This document shows positions 12,101-25,464 of a stretch of 64,000 nucleotides of DNA, one piece after another; the first letter of the stretch is position 1; each line of letters starts with the position of its first letter. Made by a program: the position numbers and the translations under genes. The notes beneath the pieces are model-generated. The model was not told the DNA's origin and did no database searches. It saw only the letters and a list, made by a program, of their open reading frames with translations. Source of the DNA: the human T2T-CHM13v2.0 reference genome, Homo sapiens; assembly GCF_009914755.1 (NCBI RefSeq), contig NC_060930.1. The stretch is one strand, 5' to 3'.

Positions 12101-15100
12101 CTGTTCTTGTAGGATTTCCAAGTGGATATTTAGACCACTTTGAAGCCTATGATAGAAAAGGAAACATCTTCATGGAAAACATAGATAGAATCATTCTCAG
12201 AAACAACTTTGTGATGTGTGCGTTGAACTCACCGTCTTTAACCTTTCTTTTGGTAGAGAAGTTTTGAAACACTCTCTTTGTAAAGTCTACAAGTGGATAT
12301 TTTGAGCCCTTGGAGGCATTCTTTGGAAAAGGGAATGTCTTCACATAAAAGGCAGACAGAAGTGTTCTCAGAAACTGCTTTGTGATGTCTGTGTTCAACT
12401 CACAGAGTTTAACATTTCCTTTGATAGAGCAGTTTAGTAACCCTCTCTTTGTAGAATTTGGAAGTGTATACTAAGAGCGCTTTGAGGCCTATGGTAGAAA
12501 AGGAAATATCTTTCCATAAAAGCTAGACAGAAGCAATCTCAGAAACTCCTTTGTGATGTCTGCATTCAACTCACCGAGTGGAACATTCCTCTTGATAGAG
12601 CAGTTTGGAAACACTCTTTCTGTAGAATCAGCTTGTTTGTATTTGGACCTCCTTGAGGCCTTCGTTGGAAACGGGTTTTCATCTTATAAACCCAGACAGA
12701 AGAATTCTCAGAGTCGTCTTTGTGATGTGTGCTTTCAACTCACCAAGATAAAGATTTCTCTTGATAGAGCAATTTGGAAACACTCTTTTTGTAGAAATTG
12801 CAAGGGTACATTGAGAGCGCTTTCAGGCCTATGGTAGAAAAGGGAATATCTTTCCATAAAAGGTAGAGAGAAGCAATCTCAGAAACTAATTTGTGATGTG
12901 TGCATTCAACTCACCGAGTGCAACGTTCCTCTTGACCGAGCAGTTTGGAAACATTGTTTCTGCAGAATCTGCAAGTGGATATTTGGACCTGTTTGAGGCC
13001 TTCGTTGGAAACGGGATTTCTTCCTATAAACCCAGACAGAAGAATTCTCAGAGACTTCTTTGTGATGTGTGAATTCAACTCACAGTGTGGATCCTTCCTT
13101 TTGATAGAGCAGTTTTGAAACCCTGTTTTTGTAGTATTTCCAAGCGGATATTTGGAACGCCTTGAAGTGTATGGTAGAAAAGGAAATATCTTCTCATAAA
13201 ACCTAGACAGAACCAATCTCAGAAACGACTTTGTGATGTCTGCATTCAACTCACAGAGTTGAACATTTCTCTTGATAGAGCAGTTTTGAAACCCTCTTTC
13301 TGAAGGATCTGCAAGTGGATATTTGGAACTCCTTTGGGTCTTCGTTGGAAACGGGATTTCTTCGTATAAATCTAGACAGAAGAATTCTCCGAAACTTCTT
13401 TGGTTGTGTGCATTCAAGTCACAGAGTGGAACCTTCCTTTGGATAGAGCAGTTTGAAACGCTGTGGTTGTAGTATTTCCAAGCGGATATTAGAGCGCCTT
13501 GAGGCCTATGGTAGAAAAGGAAATATCTTCCCATAAAACCTAGACGGAAGCAATCTCAGAAACTACTGTGTGATGGCTGCATTCCACACACACGGTGGAA
13601 CATTTCTCTTGATAGAGCAGTTTTGAAACACTCTTTCTGTAGAATCTGCAAGTGGATAATTGGACCGCCTTGAGGCCTTCGTTGGAAACGGGATTTCTTC
13701 ATGTTACTCTAGATAGAAGAATTCTCAAACACTGCTATGTGATGTTTGCATTCAAGTCACAGAGTGCAACATTCCTCTTGGTAGAGCAGTTGGGGAACAC
13801 TCCTTTTGTAGAATCTGCAATGGGATATTTGGACTTCTTTGAGGCCTCCGTTGGAAACGGGATTTCTTCGTATGAATCTAGACAGAAGAATTCTCAGAAA
13901 CTTCCTTGTGATGTGTGCATTCAACTCAGCGAGTGGCACCTTCCTTTGGATACAGCAGTTTTGAAACACTGTTTTTGTAGTATTTCCAAGCGGATATTTA
14001 GAGCGCCTTGAAGCCTATGCTAGAAATGGAAATATCTCCCCATAAAACCAAGACAGAAGCAATCTCAGAAACTAATGTGTGATGGCTGCATTCCACACAC
14101 ACGGTGGACCATTTCTCTTGATAGAGCAGTTTTGAAACACTCTTTCTGTAGAATCTGCAAGTGGATAATTGGACCTCCTAGAGGCCTTCGTTGGAAACGG
14201 GATTTCTTCATCTAAACCTACAGAGAAGAATTCTCAGTAACTTCTTCGGATGTGTGCATTCGACTCACAGAATGGAACATTCCCTTTGATAGAGCAGTTT
14301 TGAGACACCGCTTTGTAGAATTCCCAAGTGGATATTTAGAGCACTTTGAAGTCTCTGCTAGAAAATGAAACATCTTCATGTAAAAAGTAGATAGAATCGT
14401 TCTCAGAAAGTGCTTAGTGACGTGTGCGTTCAACTCACAGAGTTTAACGTTTCTTTTGATAGAGCGTTTCTGAAACACCCTTCTTGTAGTAGCTGCAAGT
14501 GGATATTTGGACCTATTGGAGGCCTTCTTTGGAAATGGGATTTCTTCATGTAACTCTAGAGTGAAGAATTCTCAGAAACTCCTTTGTGATGTGTGCATTC
14601 AATTCAAAGAGTGAAACCTCCCTTTTCACAGAGCAGTTTTGAAACACTGTTTTTGTAGGATTTCCAAGGGGATATTTATAGCGCATTGAGCCTACGGCGG
14701 AAAAAGAAACATCTTCCTATAAAAACTAGACAGAATACTTCTCAGAATCTGCTTTGCGATGTGTGCGTTCAACTCACAGAGTAAAACTTTTCTTTTGATA
14801 GAGCAGTTTTGAAACACTCTTTTTGTAGTATTTGCATGTGTATATTTAGAGCGCATTGAAGCCCACAGTAGAAAAGGAAATAACTTCACCTAAAACCTAG
14901 ACAGAAGCAATCTCAGAAACTACTTTGTGATGTGTACATTCAACTCACAGAGTGGAACTTTCCTCTTTATAGAGCAGTGTTGAAACACTCTTTTTGTAGA
15001 AACTGCAAGTGGATATTTGGACCTCTTTGAGGCCTTCGTTGGAAACGGGATTTCTTCCTGTAACCCTAGACAGAAGAATTTTCAGAAACCTCATTGTGAT

Positions 15101-18100
15101 GTGTGCGTTCATCTCACAGAGTGGAGTCTTCCGTTTGATAGAGAAGTTTTGAAACCCTGTTCTTGTAGGATTTCCAAGTGGATATTTAGACCACTTTGAA
15201 GCCTATGATAGAAAAGGAAACATCTTCATGGAAAACATAGATAGAATCATTCTCAGAAACAACTTTGTGATGTGTGCGTTGAACTCACCGTCTTTAACCT
15301 TTCTTTTGGTAGAGAAGTTTTGAAACACTCTCTTTGTAAAGTCTACAAGTGGATATTTTGAGCCCTTGGAGGCATTCTTTGGAAAAGGGAATGTCTTCAC
15401 ATAAAAGGCAGACAGAAGTGTTCTCAGAAACTGCTTTGTGATGTCTGTGTTCAACTCACAGAGTTTAACATTTCCTTTGATAGAGCGGTTTAGTAACCCT
15501 CTCTTTGTAGAATTTGGAAGTGTATACTAAGAGCGCTTTGAGGCCTATGGTAGAAAAGGAAATATCTTTCCATAAAAGCTAGACAGAAGCAATCTCAGAA
15601 ACTCCTTTGTGATGTCTGCATTCAACTCACCGAGTGGAACATTCCTCTTGAGAGAGCAGTTTGGAAACACTCTTTCTGTAGAATCAGCTTGTTTGTATTT
15701 GGACCTCCTTGAGGCCTTCGTTGGAAACGGGTTTTCATCTTATAAACCCAGACAGAAGAATTCTCAGAGTCTTCTTTGTGATGTGTGCTTTCAACTCACC
15801 GAGATAAAGATTTCTCTTGATAGAGCAATTTGGAAACACTCTTTTTGTAGAATTTGCAAGGGTACATTGAGAGCGCTTTCAGGCCTATGGTAGAAAAGGG
15901 AATATCTTTCCATAAAAGGTAGACAGAAGCAATCTCAGAAACTACTTTGTGATGTGTGCATTCAACTCACCGAGTGCAACGTTCCTCTTGACCGAGCAGT
16001 TTGGAAACATTGTTTCTGTAGAATCTGCAAGTGGATATTTGGACCTCTTTGAGGCCTTCGTTGGAAACGGGATTTCTTCCTGTAAACCCAGACAGAAGAA
16101 TTCTCAGAGACTTCTTTGTGATGTGTGAATTCAACTCACAGTGTGGATCCTTCCTTTTGATAGAGCAGTTTTGAAACCCTGTTTTTGTAGTATTTCCAAG
16201 CGGATATTTGGAACGCCTTGAAGCGTATGGTAGAAAAGGAAATATCTTCCCATAAAACCTAGACAGAACCAATCTCAGAAACGACTTTGTGATGTCTGCA
16301 TTCAACTCACAGAGTTGAACATTTCTCTTGATAGAGCAGTTTTGAAACCCTCTTTCTGAAGGATCTGCAAGTGGATATTTGGAACTCCTTTGGGTCTTCG
16401 TTGGAAACGGGATTTCTTCGTATAAATCTAGACAGAAGAATTCTCCGAAACTTCTTTGGTTGTGTGCATTCAAGTCACAGAGTGGAACCTTCCTTTGGAT
16501 AGAGCAGTTTGAAACGCTGTGGTTGTAGTATTTCCAAGCGGATATTAGAGCGCCTTGAGGCCTATGGTAGAAAAGGAAATATCTTCCCATAAAACCTAGA
16601 CGGAAGCAATCTCAGAAACTACTGTGTGATGGCTGCATTCCACACACACGGTGGAACATTTCTCTTGATAGAGCAGTTTTGAAACACTCTTTCTGTAGAA
16701 TCTGCAAGTGGATAATTGGACCGCCTTGAGGCCTTCGTTGGAAACGGGATTTCTTCATGTTACTCTAGATAGAAGAATTCTCAAACACTGCTATGTGATG
16801 TTTGCATTCAAGTCACAGAGTGCAACATTCCTCTTGGTAGAGCAGTTGGGAAACACTCCTTTTGTAGAATCTGCAATGGGATATTTGGACTTCTTTGAGG
16901 CCTTCGTTGGAAACGGGATTTCTTCGTATGAATCTAGACAGAAGAATTCTCAGAAACTTCCTTGTGATGTGTGCATTCAACTCAGCGAGTGGCACCTTCC
17001 TTTGGATACAGCAGTTTTGAAACACTGTTTTTGTAGTATTTCCAAGCGGATATTTAGAGCGCCTTGAAGCCTATGCTAGAAATGGAAATATCTCCCCATA
17101 AAACCAAGACAGAAGCAATCTCAGAAACTAATGTGTGATGGCTGCATTCCACACACACGGTGGACCATTTCTCTTGATAGAGCAGTTTTGAAACACTCTT
17201 TCTGTAGAATCTGCAAGTGGATAATTGGACCTCCTAGAGGCCTTCGTTGGAAACGGGATTTCTTCATCTAAACCTACAGAGAAGAATTCTCAGTAACTTC
17301 TTCGGATGTGTGCATTCGACTCACAGAATGGAACATTCCCTTTGATAGAGCAGTTTTGAGACACCGTTTTTGTAGAATTCCCAAGTGGATATTTAGAGCA
17401 CTTTGAAGTCTCTGCTAGAAAAGGAAACATCTTCATGTAAAAAGTAGATAGAATCGTTCTCAGAAAGTGCTTAGTGACGTGTGCGTTCAACTCACAGAGT
17501 TTAACGTTTCTTTTGATAGAGCGTTTCTGAAACACCCTTCTTGTAGTAGCTGCAAGTGGATATTTGGACCTATTGGAGGCCTTCTTTGGAAATGGGATTT
17601 CTTCATGTAACTCTAGATTGAAGAATTCTCAGAAACTCCTTTGTGATGTGTGCATTCAATTCAAAGAGTGAAACCTCCCTTTTCACAGAGCAGTTTTGAA
17701 ACACTGTTTTTGTAGGATTTCCAAGGGGATATTTATAGCGCATTGAGCCTACGGCGGAAAAAGAAACATCTTCCTATAAAAACTAGACAGAATACTTCTC
17801 AGAATCTGCTTTGCGATGTGTGCGTTCAACTCACAGAGTAAAACTTTTCTTTTGATAGAGCAGTTTTGAAACACTCTTTTTGTAGTATTTGCATGTGTAT
17901 ATTTAGAGCGCATTGAAGCCCACAGTAGAAAAGGAAATAACTTCACCTAAAACCTAGACAGAAGCAATCTCAGAAACTACTTTGTGATGTGTACATTCAA
18001 CTCACAGAGTGGAACTTTCCTCTTTATAGAGCAGTGTTGAAACACTCTTTTTGTAGAAACTGCAAGTGGATATTTGGACCTCTTTGAGGCCTTCGTTGGA

Positions 18101-21100
18101 AACGGGATTTCTCCCTGTAACCCTAGACAGAAGAATTTTCAGAAACCTCATTGTGATGTGTGCGTTCATCTCACAGAGTGGAGTCTTCCGTTTGATAGAG
18201 AAGTTTTGAAACCCTGTTCTTGTAGGATTTCCAAGTGGATATTTAGACCACTTTGAAGCCTATGATAGAAAAGGAAACATCTTCATGGAAAACATAGATA
18301 GAATCATTCTCAGAAACAACTTTGTGATGTGTGCGTTGAACTCACCGTCTTTAACCTTTCTTTTGGTAGAGAAGTTTTGAAACACTCTCTTTGTAAAGTC
18401 TACAAGTGGATATTTTGAGCCCTTGGAGGCATTCTTTGGAAAAGGGAATGTCTTCACATAAAAGGCAGACAGAAGTGTTCTCAGAAACTGCTTTGTGATG
18501 TCTGTGTTCAACTCACAGAGTTTAACATTTCCTTTGATAGAGCGGTTTAGTAACCCTCTCTTTGTAGAATTTGGAAGTGTATACTAAGAGCGCTTTGAGG
18601 CCTATGGTAGAAAAGGAAATATCTTTCCATAAAAGCTAGACAGAAGCAATCTCAGAAACTCCTTTGTGATGTCTGCATTCAACTCACCGAGTGGAACATT
18701 CCTCTTGAGAGAGCAGTTTGGAAACACTCTTTCTGTAGAATCAGCTTGTTTGTATTTGGACCTCCTTGAGGCCTTCGTTGGAAACGGGTTTTCATCTTAT
18801 AAACCCAGACAGAAGAATTCTCAGAGTCTTCTTTGTGATGTGTGCTTTCAACTCACCGAGATAAAGATTTCTCTTGATAGAGCAATTTGGAAACACTCTT
18901 TTTGTAGAATTTGCAAGGGTACATTGAAAGCGCTTTCAGGCCTATGGTAGAAAAGGGAATATCTTTCCATAAAAGGTAGACAGAAGCAATCTCAGAAACT
19001 ACTTTGTGATGTGTGCATTCAACTCACCGAGTGCAACGTTCCTCTTGACCGAGCAGTTTGGAAACATTGTTTCTGTAGAATCTGCAAGTGGATATTTGGA
19101 CCTCTTTGAGGCCTTCGTTGGAAACGGGATTTCTTCCTATAAACCCAGACAGAAGAATTCTCAGAGACTTCTTTGTGATGTGTGAATTCAACTCACAGTG
19201 TGGATCCTTCCTTTTGATAGAGCAGTTTTGAAACACTGTTTTTGTAGTATTTCCAAGCGGATATTTGGAACGCCTTGAAGCGTATGGTAGAAAAGGAAAT
19301 ATCTTCCCATAAAACCTAGACAGAACCAATCTCAGAAACGACTTTGTGATGTCTGCATTCAAGTCACAGAGTTGAACATTTCTCTTGATAGAGCAGTTTT
19401 GAAACCCTCTTTCTGAAGGATCTGCAAGTGGATATTTGGAACTCCTTTGGGTCTTCGTTGGAAACGAGATTTTTTCGTATAAATCTAGACAGAAGAATTC
19501 TCCGAAACTTCTTTGGTTGTGTGCATTCAAGTCACAGAGTGGAACCTTCCTTTGGATAGAGCACTTTGAAACGCTGTGGTTGTAGTATTTCCAAGCGGAT
19601 ATTAGAGCGCCTTGAGGCCTATGGTAGAAAAGGAAATATCTTCCCATAAAACCTAGACGGAAGCAATCTCAGAAACTACTGTGTGATGGCTGCATTCCAC
19701 ACACACGTTGGAACATTTCTCTTGATAGAGCAGTTTTGAAACACTCTTTCTGTAGAATCTGCAAGTGGATAATTGGACCGCCTTGAGGCCTTCGTTGGAA
19801 ACGGGATTTCTTCATGTTACTCTAGATAGAAGAATTCTCAAACACTGCTATGTGATGTTTGCATTCAAGTCACAGAGTGCAACATTCCTCTTGGTAGAGC
19901 AGTTGGGAAACACTCCTTTTGTAGAATCTGCAATGGGATATTTGGACTTCTTTGAGGCCTTCGTTGGAAACGGGATTTCTTCGTATGAATCTAGACAGAA
20001 GAATTCTCAGAAACTTCCTTGTGATGTGTGCATTCAACTCAGCGAGTGGCACCTTCCTTTGGATACAGCAGTTTTGAAACACTGTTTTTGTAGTATTTCC
20101 AAGCGGATATTTAGAGCGCCTTGAAGCCTATGCTAGAAATGGAAATATCTCCCCATAAAACCAAGACAGAAGCAATCTCAGAAACTAATGTGTGATGGCT
20201 GCATTCCACACACACGGTGGACCATTTCTCTTGATAGAGCAGTTTTGAAACACTCTTTCTGTAGAATCTGCAAGTGGATAATTGGACCTCCTAGAGGCCT
20301 TCGTTGGAAACGGGATTTCTTCATCTAAACCTACAGAGAAGAATTCTCAGTAACTTCTTCGGATGTGTGCATTCGACTCACAGAATGGAACATTCCCTTT
20401 GATAGAGCAGTTTTGAGACACCGTTTTTGTAGAATTCCCAAGTGGATATTTAGAGCACTTTGAAGTCTCTGCTAGAAAAGGAAACATCTTCATGTAAAAA
20501 GTAGATAGAATCGTTCTCAGAAAGTGCTTAGTGACGTGTGCGTTCAACTCACAGAGTTTAACGTTTCTTTTGATAGAGCGTTTCTGAAACACCCTTCTTG
20601 TAGTAGCTGCAAGTGGATATTTGGACCTATTGGAGGCCTTCTTTGGAAATGGGATTTCTTCATGTAACTCTAGATTGAAGAATTCTCAGAAACTCCTTTG
20701 TGATGTGTGCATTCAATTCAAAGAGTGAAACCTCCCTTTTCACAGAGCAGTTTTGAAACACTGTATTTGTAGGATTTCCAAGGGGATATTCATAGCGCAT
20801 TGAGCCTACGGCGGAAAAAGAAACATCTTCCTATAAAAACTAGACAGAATACTTCTCAGAATCTGCTTTGCGATGTGTGCGTTCAACTCACAGAGTAAAA
20901 CTTTTCTTTTGATAGAGCAGTTATGAAACACTCTTTTTGTAGTATTTGCATGTGTATATTTAGAGCGCATTGAAGCCCACAGTAGAAAAGGAAATAACTT
21001 CACCTAAAACCTAGACAGAAGCAATCTCAGAAACTACTTTGTGATGTGTACATTCAACTCACAGAGTGGAACTTTCCTCTTTATAGAGCAGTGTTGAAAC

Positions 21101-21722
21101 ACTCTTTTTGAAGAAACTGCAAGTGGATATTTGGACCTCTTTGAGGCCTTCGTTGGAAACGGGATTTCTTCCTGTAACCCTAGACGGAAGAATTTTCAGA
21201 AACCTCATTGTGATGTGTGCGTTCATCTCACAGAGTGGAGTCTTCCGTTTGATAGAGAAGTTTTGAAACCCTGTTCTTGTAGGATTTCCAAGTGGATATT
21301 TAGACCACTTTGAAGCCTATGATAGAAAAGGAAACATCTTCATGGAAAACATAGATAGAATCATTCTCAGAAACAACTTTGTGATGTGTGCGTTGAACTC
21401 ACCGTCTTTAACCTTTCTTTTGGTAGAGAAGTTTTGAAACACTCTCTTTGTAAAGTCTACAAGTGGATATCTTGAGCCCTTGGAGGCATTCTTTGGAAAA
21501 GAGAATGTCTTCACATAGAAGGCAGACAGAAGTGTTCTCAGAAACTGCTTTGTGATGTCTGTGTTCAACTCACAGAGTTTAACATTTCCTTTGATAGAGC
21601 GGTTTAGTAACACTCTCTTTGTAGAATTTGGAAGTGTATACTAAGAGCGCTTTGAGGCCTATGGTAGAAAAGGAAATATCTTTCCATAAAAGCTAGACAG
21701 AAGCAATCTCAGAAACTCCTTT

Positions 21723-22744
21723 GTGATGTCTGCATTCACCTCACCGAGTGGAACATTCCTCTTGATAGAGCAGTTTGGAAACACTCTTTCTGTAGAATCA
21801 GCTTGTTTGTATTTGGACCTCTTTGAGGCCTTCGTTGGAAACGGGTTTTCATCTTATAAACCCAGACAGAAGAATTCTCAGAGTCTTCTTTGTGATGTGT
21901 GCTTTCAACTCACCGAGATAAAGATTTCTCTTGATAGAGCAATTTGGAAACTCTCTTTTTGTAGAATTTGCAAGGGTACATTGAGAGCGCTTTCAGGCCT
22001 ATGGTAGAAAAGGGAATATCTTTCCATAAAAGGTAGACAGAAGCAATCTCAGAAACTACTTTGTGATGTGTACATTCAACTCACAGAGTGGAACTTTCCT
22101 CTTTATAGAGCAGTGTTGAAACACTCTTTTTGTAGAAATTGCAAGTGGATATTTGGACCTCTTTGAGGCCTTCGTTGGAAACGGGATTTCTTCCTGTAAC
22201 CCTAGACAGAAGAATTTTCAGAAACCTCATTGTGATGTGTGCGTTCATCTCACAGAGTGGAGTCTTCCGTTTGATAGAGAAGTTTTGAAACCCTGTTCTT
22301 GTAGGATTTCCAAGTGGATATTTAGACCACTTTGAAGCCTATGATAGAAAAGGAAACATCTTCATGGAAAACATAGATAGAATCATTCTCAGAAACAACT
22401 TTGTGATGTGTGCGTTGAACTCACCGTCTTTAACCTTTCTTTTGGTAGAGAAGTTTTGAAACACTCTCTTTGTAAAGTCTACAAGTGGATATTTTGAGCC
22501 CTTGGAGGCATTCTTTGGAAAAGGGAATGTCTTCACATAAAAGGCAGACAGAAGTGTTCTCAGAAACTGCTTTGTGATGTCTGTGTTCAACTCACAGAGT
22601 TTAACATTTCCTTTGATAGAGCGGTTTAGTAACCCTCTCTTTGTAGAATTTGGAAGTGTATACTAAGAGCGCTTTGAGGCCTATGGTAGAAAAGGAAATA
22701 TCTTTCCATAAAAGCTAGACAGAAGCAATCTCAGAAACTCCTTT
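21723..22744 (+). repeat. 6-mer structural variant HOR (1022 bp)
   Basis: Anchor spacing 21723->22745 is 1022 bp. A hybrid monomer junction at 22034-22071 joins the sequence seen at ~638 to that seen at ~2710. Confidence 0.95.
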
Positions 22745-25464
22745 GTGATGTCTGCATTCAACTCACCGAGTGGAACATTCCTCTTGAGAGAGCAGTTTGG
22801 AAACACTCTTTCTGTAGAATCAGCTTGTTTGTATTTGGACCTCCTTGAGGCCTTCGTTGGAAACGGGTTTTCATCTTATAAACCCAGACAGAAGAATTCT
22901 CAGAGTCTTCTTTGTGATGTGTGCTTTCAACTCACCGAGATAAAGATTTCTCTTGATAGAGCAATTTGGAAACACTCTTTTTGTAGAATTTGCAAGGGTA
23001 CATTGAGAGCGCTTTCAGGCCTATGGTAGAAAAGGGAATATCTTTCCATAAAAGGTAGACAGAAGCAATCTCAGAAACTACTTTGTGATGTGTGCATTCA
23101 ACTCACCGAGTGCAACGTTCCTCTTGACCGAGCAGTTTGGAAACATTGTTTCTGTAGAATCTGCAAGTGGATATTTGGACCTCTTTGAGGCCTTCGTTGG
23201 AAACGGGATTTCTTCCTATAAACCCAGACAGAAGAATTCTCAGAGACTTCTTTGTGATGTGTGAATTCAACTCACAGTGTGGATCCTTCCTTTTGATAGA
23301 GCAGTTTTGAAACCCTGTTTTTGTAGTATTTCCAAGCGGATATTTGGAACGCCTTGAAGCGTATGGTAGAAAAGGAAATATCTTCCCATAAAACCTAGAC
23401 AGAACCAATCTCAGAAACTACTGTGTGATGGCTGCATTCCACACACACGGTGGAACATTTCTCTTGATAGAGCAGTTTTGAAACACTCTTTCTGTAGAAT
23501 CTGCAAGTGGATAATTGGACCGCCTTGAGGCCTTCGTTGGAAACGGGATTTCTTCATGTTACTCTAGATAGAAGAATTCTCAAACACTGCTATGTGATGT
23601 TTGCATTCAAGTCACAGAGTGCAACATTCCTCTTGGTAGAGCAGTTGGGAAACACTCCTTTTGTAGAATCTGCAATGGGATATTTGGACTTCTTTGAGGC
23701 CTTCGTTGGAAACGGTTTTTCTTCGTATGAATCTAGACAGAAGAATTCTCAGAAACTTCCTTGTGATGTGTGCATTCAACTCAGCGAGTGGCACCTTCCT
23801 TTGGATACAGCAGTTTTGAAACACTGTTTTTGTAGTATTTCCAAGCGGATATTTAGAGCGCCTTGAAGCCTATGCTAGAAATGGAAATATCTCCCCATAA
23901 AACCAAGACAGAAGCAATCTCAGAAACTAATGTGTGATGGCTGCATTCCACACACACGGTGGACCATTTCTCTTGATAGAGCAGTTTTGAAACACTCTTT
24001 CTGTAGAATCTGCAAGTGGATAATTGGACCTCCTAGAGGTCTTCGTTGGAAACGGGATTTCTTCATCTAAACCTACAGAGAAGAATTCTCAGTAACTTCT
24101 TCGGATGTGTGCATTCGACTCACAGAATGGAACATTCCCTTTGATAGAGCAGTTTTGAGACACCGTTTTTGTAGAATTCCCAAGTGGATATTTAGAGCAC
24201 TTTGAAGTCTCTGCTAGAAAAGGAAACATCTTCATGTAAAAAGTAGATAGAATCGTTCTCAGAAAGTGCTTAGTGACGTGTGCGTTCAACTCACAGAGTT
24301 TAACGTTTCTTTTGATAGAGCGTTTCTGAAACACCCTTCTTGTAGTAGCTGCAAGTGGATATTTGGACCTATTGGAGGCCTTCTTTGGAAATGGGATTTC
24401 TTCATGTAACTCTAGATTGAAGAATTCTCAGAAACTCCTTTGTGATGTGTGCATTCAATTCAAAGAGTGAAACCTCCCTTTTCACAGAGCAGTTTTGAAA
24501 CACTGTTTTTGTAGGATTTCCAAGGGGATATTTATAGCGCATTGAGCCTACGGCGGAAAAAGAAACATCTTCCTATAAAAACTAGACAGAATACTTCTCA
24601 GAATCTGCTTTGCGATGTGTGCGTTCAACTCACAGAGTAAAACTTTTCTTTTGATAGAACAGTTTTGAAACACTCTTTTTGTAGTATTTGCATGTGTATA
24701 TTTAGAGCGCATTGAAGCCCACAGTAGAAAAGGAAATAACTTCACCTAAAACCTAGACAGAAGCAATCTCAGAAACTACTTTGTGATGTGTACATTCAAC
24801 TCACAGAGTGGAACTTTCCTCTTTATAGAGCAGTGTTGAAACACTCTTTTTGTAGAAACTGCAAGTGGATATTTGGACCTCTTTGAGGCCTTCGTTGGAA
24901 ACGGGATTTCTTCCTGTAACCCTAGACAGAAGAATTTTCAGAAACCTCATTGTGATGTGTGCGTTCATCTCACAGAGTGGAGTCTTCCGTTTGATAGAGA
25001 AGTTTTGAAACCCTGTTCTTGTAGGATTTCCAAGTGGATATTTAGACCACTTTGAAGCCTATGATAGAAAAGGAAACATCTTCATGGAAAACATAGATAG
25101 AATCATTCTCAGAAACAACTTTGTGATGTGTGCGTTGAACTCACCGTCTTTAACCTTTCTTTTGGTAGAGAAGTTTTGAAACACTCTCTTTGTAAAGTCT
25201 ACAAGTGGATATTTTGAGCCCTTGGAGGCATTCTTTGGAAAAGGGAATGTCTTCACATAAAAGGCAGACAGAAGTGTTCTCAGAAACTGCTTTGTGATGT
25301 CTGTGTTCAACTCACAGTGTTTAACATTTCCTTTGATAGAGCGGTTTAGTAACCCTCTCTTTGTAGAATTTGGAAGTGTATACTAAGAGCGCTTTGAGGC
25401 CTATGGTAGAAAAGGAAATATCTTTCCATAAAAGCTAGACAGAAGCAATCTCAGAAACTCCTTT
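22745..25464 (+). repeat. 16-mer variant HOR, junction type A (2720 bp)
   Basis: Spacing is 2720 bp (337 bp short). The junction reads GACAGAACCAATCTCAGAAAC|TACTGTGTGATGG at ~23398-23431. Confidence 0.95.

Larger units (their letters stand above)
328..21722 (+). repeat. Seven consecutive canonical 18-mer HOR copies
   Basis: Anchor positions 328, 3384, 6440, 9497, 12553, 15609, 18666, 21723 give spacings of 3056, 3056, 3057, 3056, 3056, 3057, 3057. Confidence 0.96.
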
